DNA of 64,000 bases, taken from positions 1-64,000 of IMG/VR virus record IMGVR_UViG_3300037400_001134; one strand, given 5' to 3'. Made by a program: the position numbers and the translations under genes. The stretch comes from a virus (Duplodnaviria > Caudoviricetes). Positions 16,598 to 26,419 of the stretch are shown piece by piece. Under the pieces are notes generated by a model that did no database searches, was not told the DNA's origin, and saw nothing but the letters and a program-made list of their open reading frames with translations. The first letter of the stretch is position 1; the number at the start of each line of letters is the position of its first letter.

Positions 16598-16933
16598 GTG
16601 CTTGTAAAACGTGTTCACTATAATGCTATTTTATGCGATTTTTCGATTTAAGACGTTTTTGCGTTGCACCTGATAAAATGTTCGATAGTGATATTTACGT
16701 TGCTAAAATCGCTAAATTTTACGATTTAAGACTATTGACAAAAATGCATTTATATGTTACACCACCCCCTACCCGTACATACGTTCGATTGCTACGCAAG
16801 CTCTGATGTGAGCTTGGACACACAGGTTAGGGGTTTTCATAAGACCGTCACAAGTCATTGAGGAACTTACCATACGTGCAGGTCGTGGATTTTCTACCAG
16901 GACAGATTTTCTAAATACCGTGGGCGCTCAAAG

Positions 16934-16967
16934 TTGTAAAAATGACCGACTTTATGTTATAGTATGT
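16934..16967 (+). promoter_or_regulatory. Class-2 promoter (ATGTTATAGTATGT motif)
   Basis: TTGTAA-18 nt-TATAGT with extended TG; the same 14-mer occurs at 50705 and 55638. Confidence 0.65.
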
Positions 16968-16991
16968 TTACAGAAAGCGAGGAAGGATTTT

Positions 16992-17363
16992 ATGTCGCCG
17001 ACACCTATTACAAAAGCTAGAACAATAGCAAATGCACTGAATCAGATATATGGAACTCATATAGTGATAAATACGTCACAGTTCTTTGGAGGCGAAGGTA
17101 AACTTGTCAGGATGTATGTTATTAAAGATGCGTACTATTATGGGGGTAAGAGTGCGTATTCTGACAAGGAGCTGTTTAAAACGGCTTCGGGGATATATGC
17201 ACTGATGTTTATGGTGGATATGCTTGATGCCTTCAAAGGAAAAGAGGTTACTGACAGAGGTAATGAAGGTTATCAGAATGTTTTAGCTAGGAAGAATGGG
17301 TTGGCTAACATAGATTACATGGTTAAAACTTATTTAGTAGGAGGACAGGAAGATGACGATTAA
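16992..17363 (+). CDS. Hypothetical protein
   Basis: ATG 16992 after GAGGAAGGA; the track start at 16920 lies upstream of the promoter. Confidence 0.7.
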   Translation: MSPTPITKARTIANALNQIYGTHIVINTSQFFGGEGKLVRMYVIKDAYYYGGKSAYSDKELFKTASGIYALMFMVDMLDAFKGKEVTDRGNEGYQNVLARKNGLANIDYMVKTYLVGGQEDDD

Positions 17364-17850
17364 CTCACAGATACCAGATGATGCTTCACCGAGAACGCTG
17401 GATAAATTGCTTACAGGAACTTGCATTACACATGATGGCTCAAGAATCTCACCTAAACAGGATAAATTCATCAACTTGTACATCAAGTATTCTGACCCGG
17501 CGCAGGCTGCAGAAGAAGCAGGGTACATGGTACGCAATACTCGTAAAGACAAGAGGGCGGCCTATGCTCGTAAGGGCAAAGAGTTGCTTAGGGATGACAC
17601 TATTAGAAATGAAATTGCCGCAAGGATGGATGACATTAGGGGAGCTGAAATTGCGGATGCTAAAGAGGTGCTCATCTATCTCACAAGAGTTATGAGAGGA
17701 GAAATTAAAGACCAGTTTGATTTAGATGCTCCGTTACAGGAAAGAACTGCGGCGGCTAAGGAGTTGAATCGCAGACTCAGAGAATTAGAGCAGGATAAAG
17801 AAATGGGTGGAACTGGTAAAGAAGTTCATCTCATACTAAGGAGAGAGTGA
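17353..17850 (+). CDS. terS: Terminase small subunit
   Basis: KQDKFINLY..DPAQAAEEAGY, EVLIYLTRVMRGE, ERTAAAKEL; immediately upstream of terL. Confidence 0.9.
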   Translation: MTINSQIPDDASPRTLDKLLTGTCITHDGSRISPKQDKFINLYIKYSDPAQAAEEAGYMVRNTRKDKRAAYARKGKELLRDDTIRNEIAARMDDIRGAEIADAKEVLIYLTRVMRGEIKDQFDLDAPLQERTAAAKELNRRLRELEQDKEMGGTGKEVHLILRRE

Positions 17851-17853
17851 TTT

Positions 17854-19161
17854 ATGAGCAGACCTAAAAAAGCGAAGGAGCATAACGGCGAGATTATCTT
17901 GGATGTTAATGAAGCCGTTGCTCCTTGTTATTTTAAAGCTATGGATGACATTTTAGACCATGGGCATGTGCATTATGTATTTAAGGGCGGTAGAGGTAGT
18001 GCTAAATCTTCTTTTATCAGTGAGATGCTACCACTAATACTTATCAATAACCCTAAAGTGCACGCAGTAGTGTTTAGAAAAGTAGGTAATACTATTAAGA
18101 ACTCTGTGTGGTCACAGGTAGTTTGGGGAATAGATAAATGGGGATTAAGAGAGTATTTTCAGATACCGAAGACTATAGCTAATCCTATTGTTTATAAACC
18201 CACAGGTCAGCAGATTCTTTTTATGGGATTAGATGACCCTAATAAAGTCAAGTCTGTAAAGCTACCTTTTGGATATATCGGAGTTACTTGGTTCGAGGAG
18301 CTTGACCAGTTTGCAGGCGAAAAAGAGATACGAAAAGTATTACAGTCAACAATGCGTGGTGGCTTAAACTTCTGGGACTTCCGTTCATTCAACCCACCTA
18401 TATCTAATCTTAACTGGGCTAATCAATATGCTACGGATGCTCTTTCAAGAGAGAATACCCTAGTAACATCAACTAACTATATAGACATTCCATCAGAGTG
18501 GTTAGGACAAGCATTTATAGATGAAGCTGAGGACCTTAAAGAGACTAATCCAAGAGCTTATGAGCATGAGTATTTAGGTATACCTGTAGGTACTGGTGGT
18601 AATGTCTTTGAAAATGTAGAGCCTATGTACATGAATGATGACTTTATACTTGGCTTTGAGAGATGGTTAAGAGGAGTCGATTGGGGATGGTTCCCAGACC
18701 CGTTCTCATTTACATTGAGCCACTTTGAGCCTTCTACTAGAAATCTCTATATATTTGGAGAGTTCAGATGCAATAAAATGTCCAATAAGGCTACGTTTGA
18801 TAAGGTATTCAATGAATTAAGAATAGCTAATCGACCTTTTGCTTCGCCTGATGATATCATCATATGTGATAGTGCAGAGCCTAAGTCTATCTCTGACTGG
18901 AAGAGTTATGGCGCATACGGCGCTAGACCTGCAAAGAAAGAGCCTGATAGTGTCAACTACTCAATGAAGTGGTTACAGTCCTTAAAGCACATCTATATAG
19001 ACCCTAAGAGATGTCCTGAGACTTATAAAGAATTTATCGAGTATGAATATGACAGAGATAAGGATGACGAGGTTATCAGTGGATATCCTGATGCAAATAA
19101 CCACTCTATAGACTCAATTCGTTATGCCACATCAAAGTATTGGGTAAGAAGAGGTCAGTAA
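17854..19161 (+). CDS. terL: Terminase large subunit (PBSX family)
   Basis: KGGRGSAKS Walker A, WFEE Walker B, SFNPP, GVDWG, NHSIDSIRY nuclease motifs. Confidence 0.97.
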   Translation: MSRPKKAKEHNGEIILDVNEAVAPCYFKAMDDILDHGHVHYVFKGGRGSAKSSFISEMLPLILINNPKVHAVVFRKVGNTIKNSVWSQVVWGIDKWGLREYFQIPKTIANPIVYKPTGQQILFMGLDDPNKVKSVKLPFGYIGVTWFEELDQFAGEKEIRKVLQSTMRGGLNFWDFRSFNPPISNLNWANQYATDALSRENTLVTSTNYIDIPSEWLGQAFIDEAEDLKETNPRAYEHEYLGIPVGTGGNVFENVEPMYMNDDFILGFERWLRGVDWGWFPDPFSFTLSHFEPSTRNLYIFGEFRCNKMSNKATFDKVFNELRIANRPFASPDDIIICDSAEPKSISDWKSYGAYGARPAKKEPDSVNYSMKWLQSLKHIYIDPKRCPETYKEFIEYEYDRDKDDEVISGYPDANNHSIDSIRYATSKYWVRRGQ

Positions 19162-19165
19162 TTTA

Positions 19166-19194
19166 TTGAAGGCATGAAGGCTTAATGATATACT
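19166..19194 (+). promoter_or_regulatory. Sigma-A-like promoter upstream of the portal gene
   Basis: TTGAAG-17 nt-TATACT. Confidence 0.55.
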
Positions 19195-19230
19195 ACATAT
19201 ATAAAGGTATTATTCATAAGGAGAGTAAAA

Positions 19231-21030
19231 ATGAGCTTATGGGATAAATTGAAAGGAGTATGGTATAAGATGACTGGCAGGGAGGTAGTAGAGAAAATAT
19301 TATCAGTTAAGCCCGCTATATCCGCAGATATGCAGAATAATATAATGCTGTGGTCGGATATGTATGAGGGTAGAGCCCCATGGCTAAAAGAGCCAGATTT
19401 AGCTAACGGAGAGTATGAAAGAGTTGTATCACTTGGACTTCCTGCTCTTATCGCTAGTGAAAAAGCTAGAATGGCTACACTTGAAATGGAGAGTGAAATT
19501 ACTCCTCCAATGAAAGATGTAGAGAAAGAGAATCCAGATTATCAGCCACCTGGTATTGATGCAGAGGGTAACCCTACAATGGGACAGGGTGCTATGACTA
19601 TTACAGAGCCTGAGCCAGATGGTCCTACAGAAAGGGCTAATTTTTTAAATGATACTTACCAGAAGAAGCTGATTAAACATATTCGTAGACAGGTTGAATA
19701 TGGTATAGCTAAAGGTGGACTTATTATTAAACCTTATGTGTTGCAGTATGACGAAGGCTCACCTACAATAGAGGATGAGACAAAAGAGGAGAGCGAAAGA
19801 CTTTCATCAGAGAAGCCTTTGCCTAAATACGAAGTAGAATATGACTTTGTACAGGCAGACAGATTCTACCCTCTATCTTTCGATAACAATGGAAAGATTA
19901 CAGAAGCTGCCTTTATGCAGACAAAAGTTGATAACGATAAGATTTACACACGAATAGAGCATCATAAGCTAGAAGGCAGAACAATCACAATAAAGAACTA
20001 TGCTTTTGTGAACACAAACAACTCTAATTTAAGAGGTATATTGAGAGATGTAAACAATATAGGAAAGCCTTGTAACTTATCAGAAGTTCCAGAATGGGCT
20101 AATATTCAGGAAGAAGTCCAGATAAAGAATGTAGACAGACTTTTGTTTGGATATTTCAAAATGCCTGAAGCTAACACTATCGACCCATATTCACCACTTG
20201 GTGTATCAGCATACAGTAGGGTTGTATCACTTATAAGGGATGCAGATGAACAGTATTCAAGACTTTTATGGGAGTTTGAAGGTGGTGAACTTGCTATTGA
20301 TGTAGACCGTGATGCTATGAAGATACAGGAGTACCAGAATGGACAGCATCAGACAAGACTTCCAGCTAAACAGGAAAGATTGTTCAGAAAGGTTGACTTA
20401 AATAGTGAGGAAACTTATGAAGTATTCTCACCAGCATTAAGAGATGAGTCTATAGCACATGGTCTTGACTTGATACTTACAAGAATAGAGGATGTTGTAG
20501 GATTCAGTAGAGGTACAATATCAGAAGATACTGATGTTGCAATAAAGACTGCTACAGAGCTTAAAATCAACAAACAGAGAAGTTATTCAGCTAATAGAGA
20601 TATCCAGCTTGCATTGGAAGACGCCTTAAGAGATGCAGTCTACGCAACTGATGTACTTTGCACACTATATCAGATTACTCCTTCTGGCGAGTACCAAATG
20701 TCATTTGAATGGGATGATTCCATTATAGTAGATATGGACACAGAGCTTGAAAAAAGAATGTCCATGATAAATGCAGGTATTACATCTAAACTTGAAACAA
20801 GGATGTGGTACTTTGGCGAGACTGAAAATCAGGCTAAAGCCGCATTACAAAAAGTTGATGATGAGAAAAAGCATAGCATGGAAACAAACATTCAGGCACA
20901 GGCTCAACTTGGAGATATGGCTCAAGGTAAAGACTTTTCTGGAGACAACAATAATCCTGAAGGTAAGTTGAAACAGAAAACTTTTAATTCTGCTGAACAG
21001 ACAGCGGCAAGTAAAGGAGGTCAAAAATGA
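19231..21030 (+). CDS. Portal protein (A118/SPP1-like)
   Basis: Follows terL; DPYSPLGVSAY, YSRLLWEFEGG, SFEWDDSI motifs. Confidence 0.9.
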   Translation: MSLWDKLKGVWYKMTGREVVEKILSVKPAISADMQNNIMLWSDMYEGRAPWLKEPDLANGEYERVVSLGLPALIASEKARMATLEMESEITPPMKDVEKENPDYQPPGIDAEGNPTMGQGAMTITEPEPDGPTERANFLNDTYQKKLIKHIRRQVEYGIAKGGLIIKPYVLQYDEGSPTIEDETKEESERLSSEKPLPKYEVEYDFVQADRFYPLSFDNNGKITEAAFMQTKVDNDKIYTRIEHHKLEGRTITIKNYAFVNTNNSNLRGILRDVNNIGKPCNLSEVPEWANIQEEVQIKNVDRLLFGYFKMPEANTIDPYSPLGVSAYSRVVSLIRDADEQYSRLLWEFEGGELAIDVDRDAMKIQEYQNGQHQTRLPAKQERLFRKVDLNSEETYEVFSPALRDESIAHGLDLILTRIEDVVGFSRGTISEDTDVAIKTATELKINKQRSYSANRDIQLALEDALRDAVYATDVLCTLYQITPSGEYQMSFEWDDSIIVDMDTELEKRMSMINAGITSKLETRMWYFGETENQAKAALQKVDDEKKHSMETNIQAQAQLGDMAQGKDFSGDNNNPEGKLKQKTFNSAEQTAASKGGQK

Positions 21031-21233
21031 TAAGAGTCCTTAGTGTAGATTATTTAGATGAAGGAAAGAAACAGGCTAAAGTATTCATGGAGGCAGATAC
21101 TAAAGCAGAGGTTACAGATGGAGCTGAGTTTATAGGTATGCCTAAAGGCTATACTCCTGCCCCATTTAGTAGAATTTTTACTGCTTCAAAAGAACTAGCA
21201 ATCATGCAGTCCGATGGCACATGGGTATGGTAA
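21027..21233 (+). CDS. Hypothetical protein
   Basis: AAGGAGG Shine-Dalgarno; coupled start. Confidence 0.65.
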   Translation: MIRVLSVDYLDEGKKQAKVFMEADTKAEVTDGAEFIGMPKGYTPAPFSRIFTASKELAIMQSDGTWVW

Positions 21234-21242
21234 AGGAGGAGT

Positions 21243-23096
21243 ATGATGAGTAAAATTGACATGAGCGCCGTATCTATGGCATATGGTATGTCACAAAAGA
21301 GTGCTGAAAATTTAGTTAGGGGTGCTGGAGCTATACAGGGTAAATCTGCTTACACTATTGCCGTTGAAAATGGATTCAGCGGCACTGAAACAGAGTGGCT
21401 AGCCTCCCTTAAAGGCGAAAAGGGAGATAAAGGAGATGCTGGCACAAATGGTACAGCCGGCTCAATGACTGATTTTGAGAAGTTTTGTGAAAATATGCAC
21501 CTGGATTATGCCTATGATGCTGATACAAATGCAAATTATACTGTAATGAGAATATATAAGACTAAAACAGATGGCTCTAAGCAATATCCATTCGTAAGAA
21601 CTTTAGACCAAAATCTTTCCGCATTAGAGTTATCTGAAAATGAAGATTGGTTCGTTATTATAAATGCTGGGCTCGGTGTACCTGGTGGAGCAAGATACGA
21701 TGGAGTGGTCATAGAGAATGGAAATATCATCAACAATGAGCCAGCAGTATATCATGCAGGAGCGCAACCCTTAACAATAGATGCTAATGGGGATTTGAAC
21801 TATGCAGAGGCAGACACAAAAGGTCATGAGTTTTTAGAAGATGGTATAGTATCTGTGACATGTGGTTTTTGCCCAATCATAATAAATTATACTCCAGTAT
21901 CAAGTTTTCCAAGTGTTTCAAATGTATCACATTTTGGTCAAAACGCTCAAAGACAGATAATCGGACAATTTGGAAATGGTGACTATGCAATCATTACTTG
22001 TGAAGGCAGAAATTTTGACCATTCAGATGGGTGGACTTTGGCAGAAGCTCAGACTATATGCCAAAAGTTAGGGCTTAAATTTGCTTACAATCTTGATGGC
22101 GGTGGTAGTACAGAAACAGTTCTTGGTAAGAAACAATTAAATTCAATCTATGAAAATGCAAAAGGACGAAAAATTGCATCATTTATTGTGTTCAATGGTA
22201 AGACTACTATGGATATAACACCAGTTGCTAAAAAACTTGTCGGATTATCTGCTACTAAAGTTATTACCAACTATGAGATTGGTGATAGCTTTGATACCAC
22301 TGATATTGTAGTAAACGCTGTTTATTCGGATGGAACTACAGAGGATGTAACTTCAAATGCGACTATTGATACCAACAATATCAATATGAACGCAGAGGGT
22401 CAATATCTGATAACAATTAGCTATACACAATCTGGCAAAGTAGTTTCTACAAGTATATCCATTAGTGTTATAGGTACTGAACCTGATACTCCAAGTGTTC
22501 TGCCGGAAGGATATACTCAGCTCAAATATGTTTCAGCAAATGGTAATCAGTATGTAAATACTGAGGTTAATGAAACTCAAAGTGTTCACGCAAAATATGA
22601 AGTAAGTATATCAGATATGCCAGCAGCCAATGGTAATCACATACTATCTAGTGCCAATACATTCTTCCCATTCTTAAAAGCAAACTACGGTAATGCAGAT
22701 GTACATATACTCGGTACAAAGTTAAAGGGTGGAGAATCTATTACAGATGGAAGTATGTCATATGATTGGCAATTTAACACAAAATATTTAATTGAAGGAT
22801 ATATTGATGGAAAAATCTTCATCAATGACATACAATGTGCAACAGTAGGTGCGGCTAATTACGCATCAGCATCAAATATGTTATATCTATTTGCATATGG
22901 TGGTAATGTAGGCAATGGCACATATCGTTTTCATGGAAATCTATATAGTTGTAAGATATATAATATGGATGACCAACTTATACGAGATTTTGTTCCATGT
23001 GTTAATGGAAATGGTGTTGCTGGACTGTATGACCTTGTAAGTCAAAAATTCTATCATAGCGACTCAGGCACAGAATTGATTGCTGGCACAACTTGA
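21243..23096 (+). CDS. Phosphodiester glycosidase (NAGPA-like) with Ig-like and lectin-like domains
   Basis: AYNLDGGGST, RQIIGQ, AIITCEGR; N-terminal collagen-like GEKGDKGDAG; Big_3-like YEIGDSFDTTDIVVNAVYSDG. Confidence 0.8.
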   Translation: MMSKIDMSAVSMAYGMSQKSAENLVRGAGAIQGKSAYTIAVENGFSGTETEWLASLKGEKGDKGDAGTNGTAGSMTDFEKFCENMHLDYAYDADTNANYTVMRIYKTKTDGSKQYPFVRTLDQNLSALELSENEDWFVIINAGLGVPGGARYDGVVIENGNIINNEPAVYHAGAQPLTIDANGDLNYAEADTKGHEFLEDGIVSVTCGFCPIIINYTPVSSFPSVSNVSHFGQNAQRQIIGQFGNGDYAIITCEGRNFDHSDGWTLAEAQTICQKLGLKFAYNLDGGGSTETVLGKKQLNSIYENAKGRKIASFIVFNGKTTMDITPVAKKLVGLSATKVITNYEIGDSFDTTDIVVNAVYSDGTTEDVTSNATIDTNNINMNAEGQYLITISYTQSGKVVSTSISISVIGTEPDTPSVLPEGYTQLKYVSANGNQYVNTEVNETQSVHAKYEVSISDMPAANGNHILSSANTFFPFLKANYGNADVHILGTKLKGGESITDGSMSYDWQFNTKYLIEGYIDGKIFINDIQCATVGAANYASASNMLYLFAYGGNVGNGTYRFHGNLYSCKIYNMDDQLIRDFVPCVNGNGVAGLYDLVSQKFYHSDSGTELIAGTT

Positions 23097-23128
23097 CATA
23101 ATATTATTAAAAATATGCCTACATTCTG

Positions 23129-23157
23129 TTTACAGTAGCGAAAATATGTTCTATAAT
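23129..23157 (+). promoter_or_regulatory. Promoter for the scaffold/capsid operon
   Basis: ATTCTG-TTTACA-17 nt-TATAAT. Confidence 0.75.
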
Positions 23158-23163
23158 GATTTT

Positions 23164-23370
23164 GGGTGAGATGTTGATTTTGTCAATTCTGCCCTCCTAC
23201 TGCCCACAGTAGTACACCCCGTTCTATTGTGGGCGCTAGATAATAACTCGATATGAGATTATTATAAATAAGTCTTGTAGTCGGACATTTAAACGGCTAC
23301 ACATTCCAGTGTAGAAAGTGACTACACATTTAAACAATAAACTGATATAAGAATGTAGAAGGAGAAAAGT
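23164..23370 (+). ncRNA. Structured 5' leader upstream of the GP20 scaffold gene
   Basis: Four tandem hairpins at about 23202-34, 23240-66, 23276-302 and 23309-27; ATTTAAAC occurs twice. Confidence 0.5.
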
Positions 23371-24042
23371 ATGTTACTAAAAGAAATTTTTGACAAGGCT
23401 ACTTCCGAGAACAAGTCTTTAACTTGGGAGGAGTTTGAAGCACTTGCGAAAGAAAACAAGGCAAAGTTTACTGACTTATCAGAAGGTAAGTATGTAGACA
23501 GACAGAAGTATGAGGATGACCTTGCAAAGAAGGACACAGAGATTACCACTCTGAATGACACAATCACAACTAGAAACAATGATTTAGAATCATTGAAGGT
23601 CAAATTAGCTGATGCAGGTAATGATGCAGGGAAGTTGGAAGAACTCAACAGTAATCTAACTGCTCTACAGGCCAAATATGATGCTGACACCGCAGCATTA
23701 CAGACCAAGTTATCAGCACAGGCATATGAATTTGCGGTTCGTGATTTTGCCGGTAAACAGAAATTCTCTAGTGAAGCCGCTAAACGTGATTTCACACACT
23801 CTATGATAAAGAAAAATCTTCCTATGGAAGATGGTGTAATAATGGGAGCAGATGATTATATGAAAGTATATGCTAAAGCAAATGCCGATGCATTTATTCA
23901 GAAAGATACTACTCCAAAGACACCTGCTCCAGAGTTTTCAGGACCAACACCTGGTGGAAAACAGACTGGTGCTAAAATGTCATTATCAGAGATGATGGCA
24001 AAGAAAAATGAAAATCCAGATTTTGTAATAAGTTTTGACTAA
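23371..24042 (+). CDS. Capsid scaffolding protein (Phage_GP20-like)
   Basis: DLSEGKYVDRQKY, coiled coil, position before the capsid gene. Confidence 0.88.
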   Translation: MLLKEIFDKATSENKSLTWEEFEALAKENKAKFTDLSEGKYVDRQKYEDDLAKKDTEITTLNDTITTRNNDLESLKVKLADAGNDAGKLEELNSNLTALQAKYDADTAALQTKLSAQAYEFAVRDFAGKQKFSSEAAKRDFTHSMIKKNLPMEDGVIMGADDYMKVYAKANADAFIQKDTTPKTPAPEFSGPTPGGKQTGAKMSLSEMMAKKNENPDFVISFD

Positions 24043-24060
24043 CTGAAAGGAGATTAAATT

Positions 24061-25128
24061 ATGCCATTTTTTGATGCGAAATTATTTAATGGTGAAGTAT
24101 TTCAGAAATACGTAGACAGAATCCCAAATATGCACCTCAACACACTCATTAAGTCTGGTGCAATCGTTGGAAGACCTGAGCTTGCTGGCTCAATGTCAGA
24201 CCAGGTTGGTGGAAACTACCTCACAACCCCATTGAAGGGTCTTATCGGTGGAACACCACTTAACTATGATGGTGTAACAAACATCACATCAACTGGCACA
24301 CAGACATACTCACACAGCAGAGTTGTTGTTGGTCGTGCTAAAGCATGGACAGAGAAGGACTTCTCATACGATATCACAGGCGGAGTAGACTTCATGCAGA
24401 ATGTTGCAGAGCAGGTCGCTGAATATTGGGATGAGCAGGACCAGGCACTTCTTATCAAGATTCTTGATGGTGTGTTCTCAATGACAGATGATGCAGGAGC
24501 AGAGTTTGTAGAGGAACATACACATGATGTATCTGGTGTAACAAATAGTGAGGGCGTTCTTGGATATATGGATGCTACAACACTTAACACTGGTATGCAG
24601 AAAGCTATGGGCGACCATAAGCAGAAGTTCAGCCTTACTCTTATGCATTCCGCAGTAGCTACACATCTTGAAAATCTCAAGGTACTTGTTTACCTTAAGT
24701 ACAATGATGCAAATGGTATTGAGAGAGACCTCAATATTGCTACACTCAACGGACGTATGGTAATCGTTGATGACGATATGCCTGTAATTACAGAAGGCAC
24801 TGGCACATCAGCAGTTAAGAAGTATGTAACTTATGTCTTTGGACAGGGTGCAGTAGAGTACACAAACTGTGGTGCTAAAGTTCCTGCTGAAATGGCAAGA
24901 GACCCTTATAAGAATGGTGGTGAAGATACACTCATCACAAGAAACAGAAAGTGCTTTGCACCTTATGGTATCTCATTCAAGGGTATCGGTGATATCGCTA
25001 CACTTTCTCCTACAGATGCCGAGCTTGCAACTGGCGCTAACTGGGAGATTGTTAATACTGGTGGTACTAACAAGATTTATCTTCCTCACAAGGCTATTCC
25101 TATTGGAAGAATCATTTCTCTTGGTTGA
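24061..25128 (+). CDS. Major capsid protein
   Basis: FDAKLFNGEVF, VVGRAKAWTEKDF, TLNGRMVIVDD, GGEDTLITR, PTDAELATGANWE. Confidence 0.92.
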   Translation: MPFFDAKLFNGEVFQKYVDRIPNMHLNTLIKSGAIVGRPELAGSMSDQVGGNYLTTPLKGLIGGTPLNYDGVTNITSTGTQTYSHSRVVVGRAKAWTEKDFSYDITGGVDFMQNVAEQVAEYWDEQDQALLIKILDGVFSMTDDAGAEFVEEHTHDVSGVTNSEGVLGYMDATTLNTGMQKAMGDHKQKFSLTLMHSAVATHLENLKVLVYLKYNDANGIERDLNIATLNGRMVIVDDDMPVITEGTGTSAVKKYVTYVFGQGAVEYTNCGAKVPAEMARDPYKNGGEDTLITRNRKCFAPYGISFKGIGDIATLSPTDAELATGANWEIVNTGGTNKIYLPHKAIPIGRIISLG

Positions 25129-25175
25129 TAGTTCCTCCTATCATACCATATAAATCAAGAAAGGCGGTAGAGTCT

Positions 25176-25622
25176 ATGTATCTAAATTATGATGAATATT
25201 CAGAATATGGTGGTACCTTAGATGAAACCGCCTTCAATGATTTAGAATTTGATGCAGAAGCTACAATAAACTGGTATACATTTAACAGATTGAAGAGACC
25301 TGAATGGGCATATGTTTTAGAGACTCAGGAACTTAAAAGATGTATGTACCAGCTTATCAGAATCAAGCGGATTGAGAATGAACTTTTAGCATCTAGTGTT
25401 GGAGGAGTTGGTCTTGATACAGCTTGGAAGAAAGAAGCTGGCATAACACAAGAAACAAATGATGGTGTATCAGTAAGTTACAACACTATGAGTTCTGGTG
25501 ATATTATGGCTTATGTCAACGGAGATAAGACAAAGCAAGATTTAATCAAAAAATATCTCGGTAGTATGGTCAACGATTTAGGTAGACAATTACTATATCG
25601 CGGAATCTATAGAGGGGAATAA
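25176..25622 (+). CDS. Head-tail connector/adaptor
   Basis: MYLNYDEYSEYGG, ETNDGVSVSY, LLYRGI. Confidence 0.8.
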   Translation: MYLNYDEYSEYGGTLDETAFNDLEFDAEATINWYTFNRLKRPEWAYVLETQELKRCMYQLIRIKRIENELLASSVGGVGLDTAWKKEAGITQETNDGVSVSYNTMSSGDIMAYVNGDKTKQDLIKKYLGSMVNDLGRQLLYRGIYRGE

Positions 25623-25624
25623 GT

Positions 25625-25975
25625 ATGATTGGATATATATTCTGTGCTGAAAACACAGTGACACACAAGAAATATATTGGTAAATATTTAAGTGTGAAGT
25701 TTGATAAGAAATTCATTGGTAACGATTCTGACGTCCTGGCTGACGCTGGAAAGTACGGTGCAGATAAGTTTATAGTTAATATGCTAAAGGCTTGTGAAAC
25801 CGTTAAGGAATGCGATTATATGTATGATGAAATTGTTAAGCAGTTCCATGCTGAATCAGATGTTAACTACTATAATTGCAAGAAAGCTGTTAAATCAGTT
25901 GAAGTTACAGAAGATATTGAACAGGAAGATAAACCAAAGAAATCTCGTAAGAAGAAAGCGATTGTAGAGGAATGA
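25625..25975 (+). CDS. GIY-YIG-like small protein
   Basis: GYIFCAENTVTHKKYIGK; YGADKFIVNML. Confidence 0.55.
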   Translation: MIGYIFCAENTVTHKKYIGKYLSVKFDKKFIGNDSDVLADAGKYGADKFIVNMLKACETVKECDYMYDEIVKQFHAESDVNYYNCKKAVKSVEVTEDIEQEDKPKKSRKKKAIVEE

Positions 25976-26418
25976 ATACATACGCATCATGGTGGGATGA
26001 TACAGTAACTTTATACAATAAATATGTAGACCCTACTACAAAGAAGGTTAAGTGGTATCGTCATGTTCTCAAGGATTGTTTCTATAAACATACACTTGAA
26101 AAAGTTACAGTAGGGAAAACTACTATTGATGCTAATTCATCTCTTTGCCGCATACGTGTTTCTGATGATTTTGTAGATAAGAAATCATGGATGAAACTTG
26201 ATGAATCTGATAGAGCAGAGAAATTTACTTTATCAGGCGGCGATATAATCGTAGCGGATGAAATTGAGTTTGAAATAGATGAGTATACACAGGGTAAAAG
26301 GTCATCCGATTTAATCAAAGAAAATAAAGATTGGCCTGGATGTTTCACTATTGAGATAGTAAATATCAATGTAGGTGGTGGAAGAGGTAATGAGCATTAT
26401 CATGTAAGAGGTACATAA
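25972..26418 (+). CDS. Head closure/stopper protein
   Basis: DTVTLYN...WYRHVL...FTLSGGDIIV...HYHVRG; position. Confidence 0.7.
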   Translation: MNTYASWWDDTVTLYNKYVDPTTKKVKWYRHVLKDCFYKHTLEKVTVGKTTIDANSSLCRIRVSDDFVDKKSWMKLDESDRAEKFTLSGGDIIVADEIEFEIDEYTQGKRSSDLIKENKDWPGCFTIEIVNINVGGGRGNEHYHVRGT

Positions 26419-26419
26419 T

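Larger units (their letters stand above)
15584..16760. other. CC-free, GG-minimal compositional island
   Basis: No CC from 15584 to 16668 and one at 16669-16670; about 11 GG in 15626-16760; CG visibly enriched. Confidence 0.9.
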
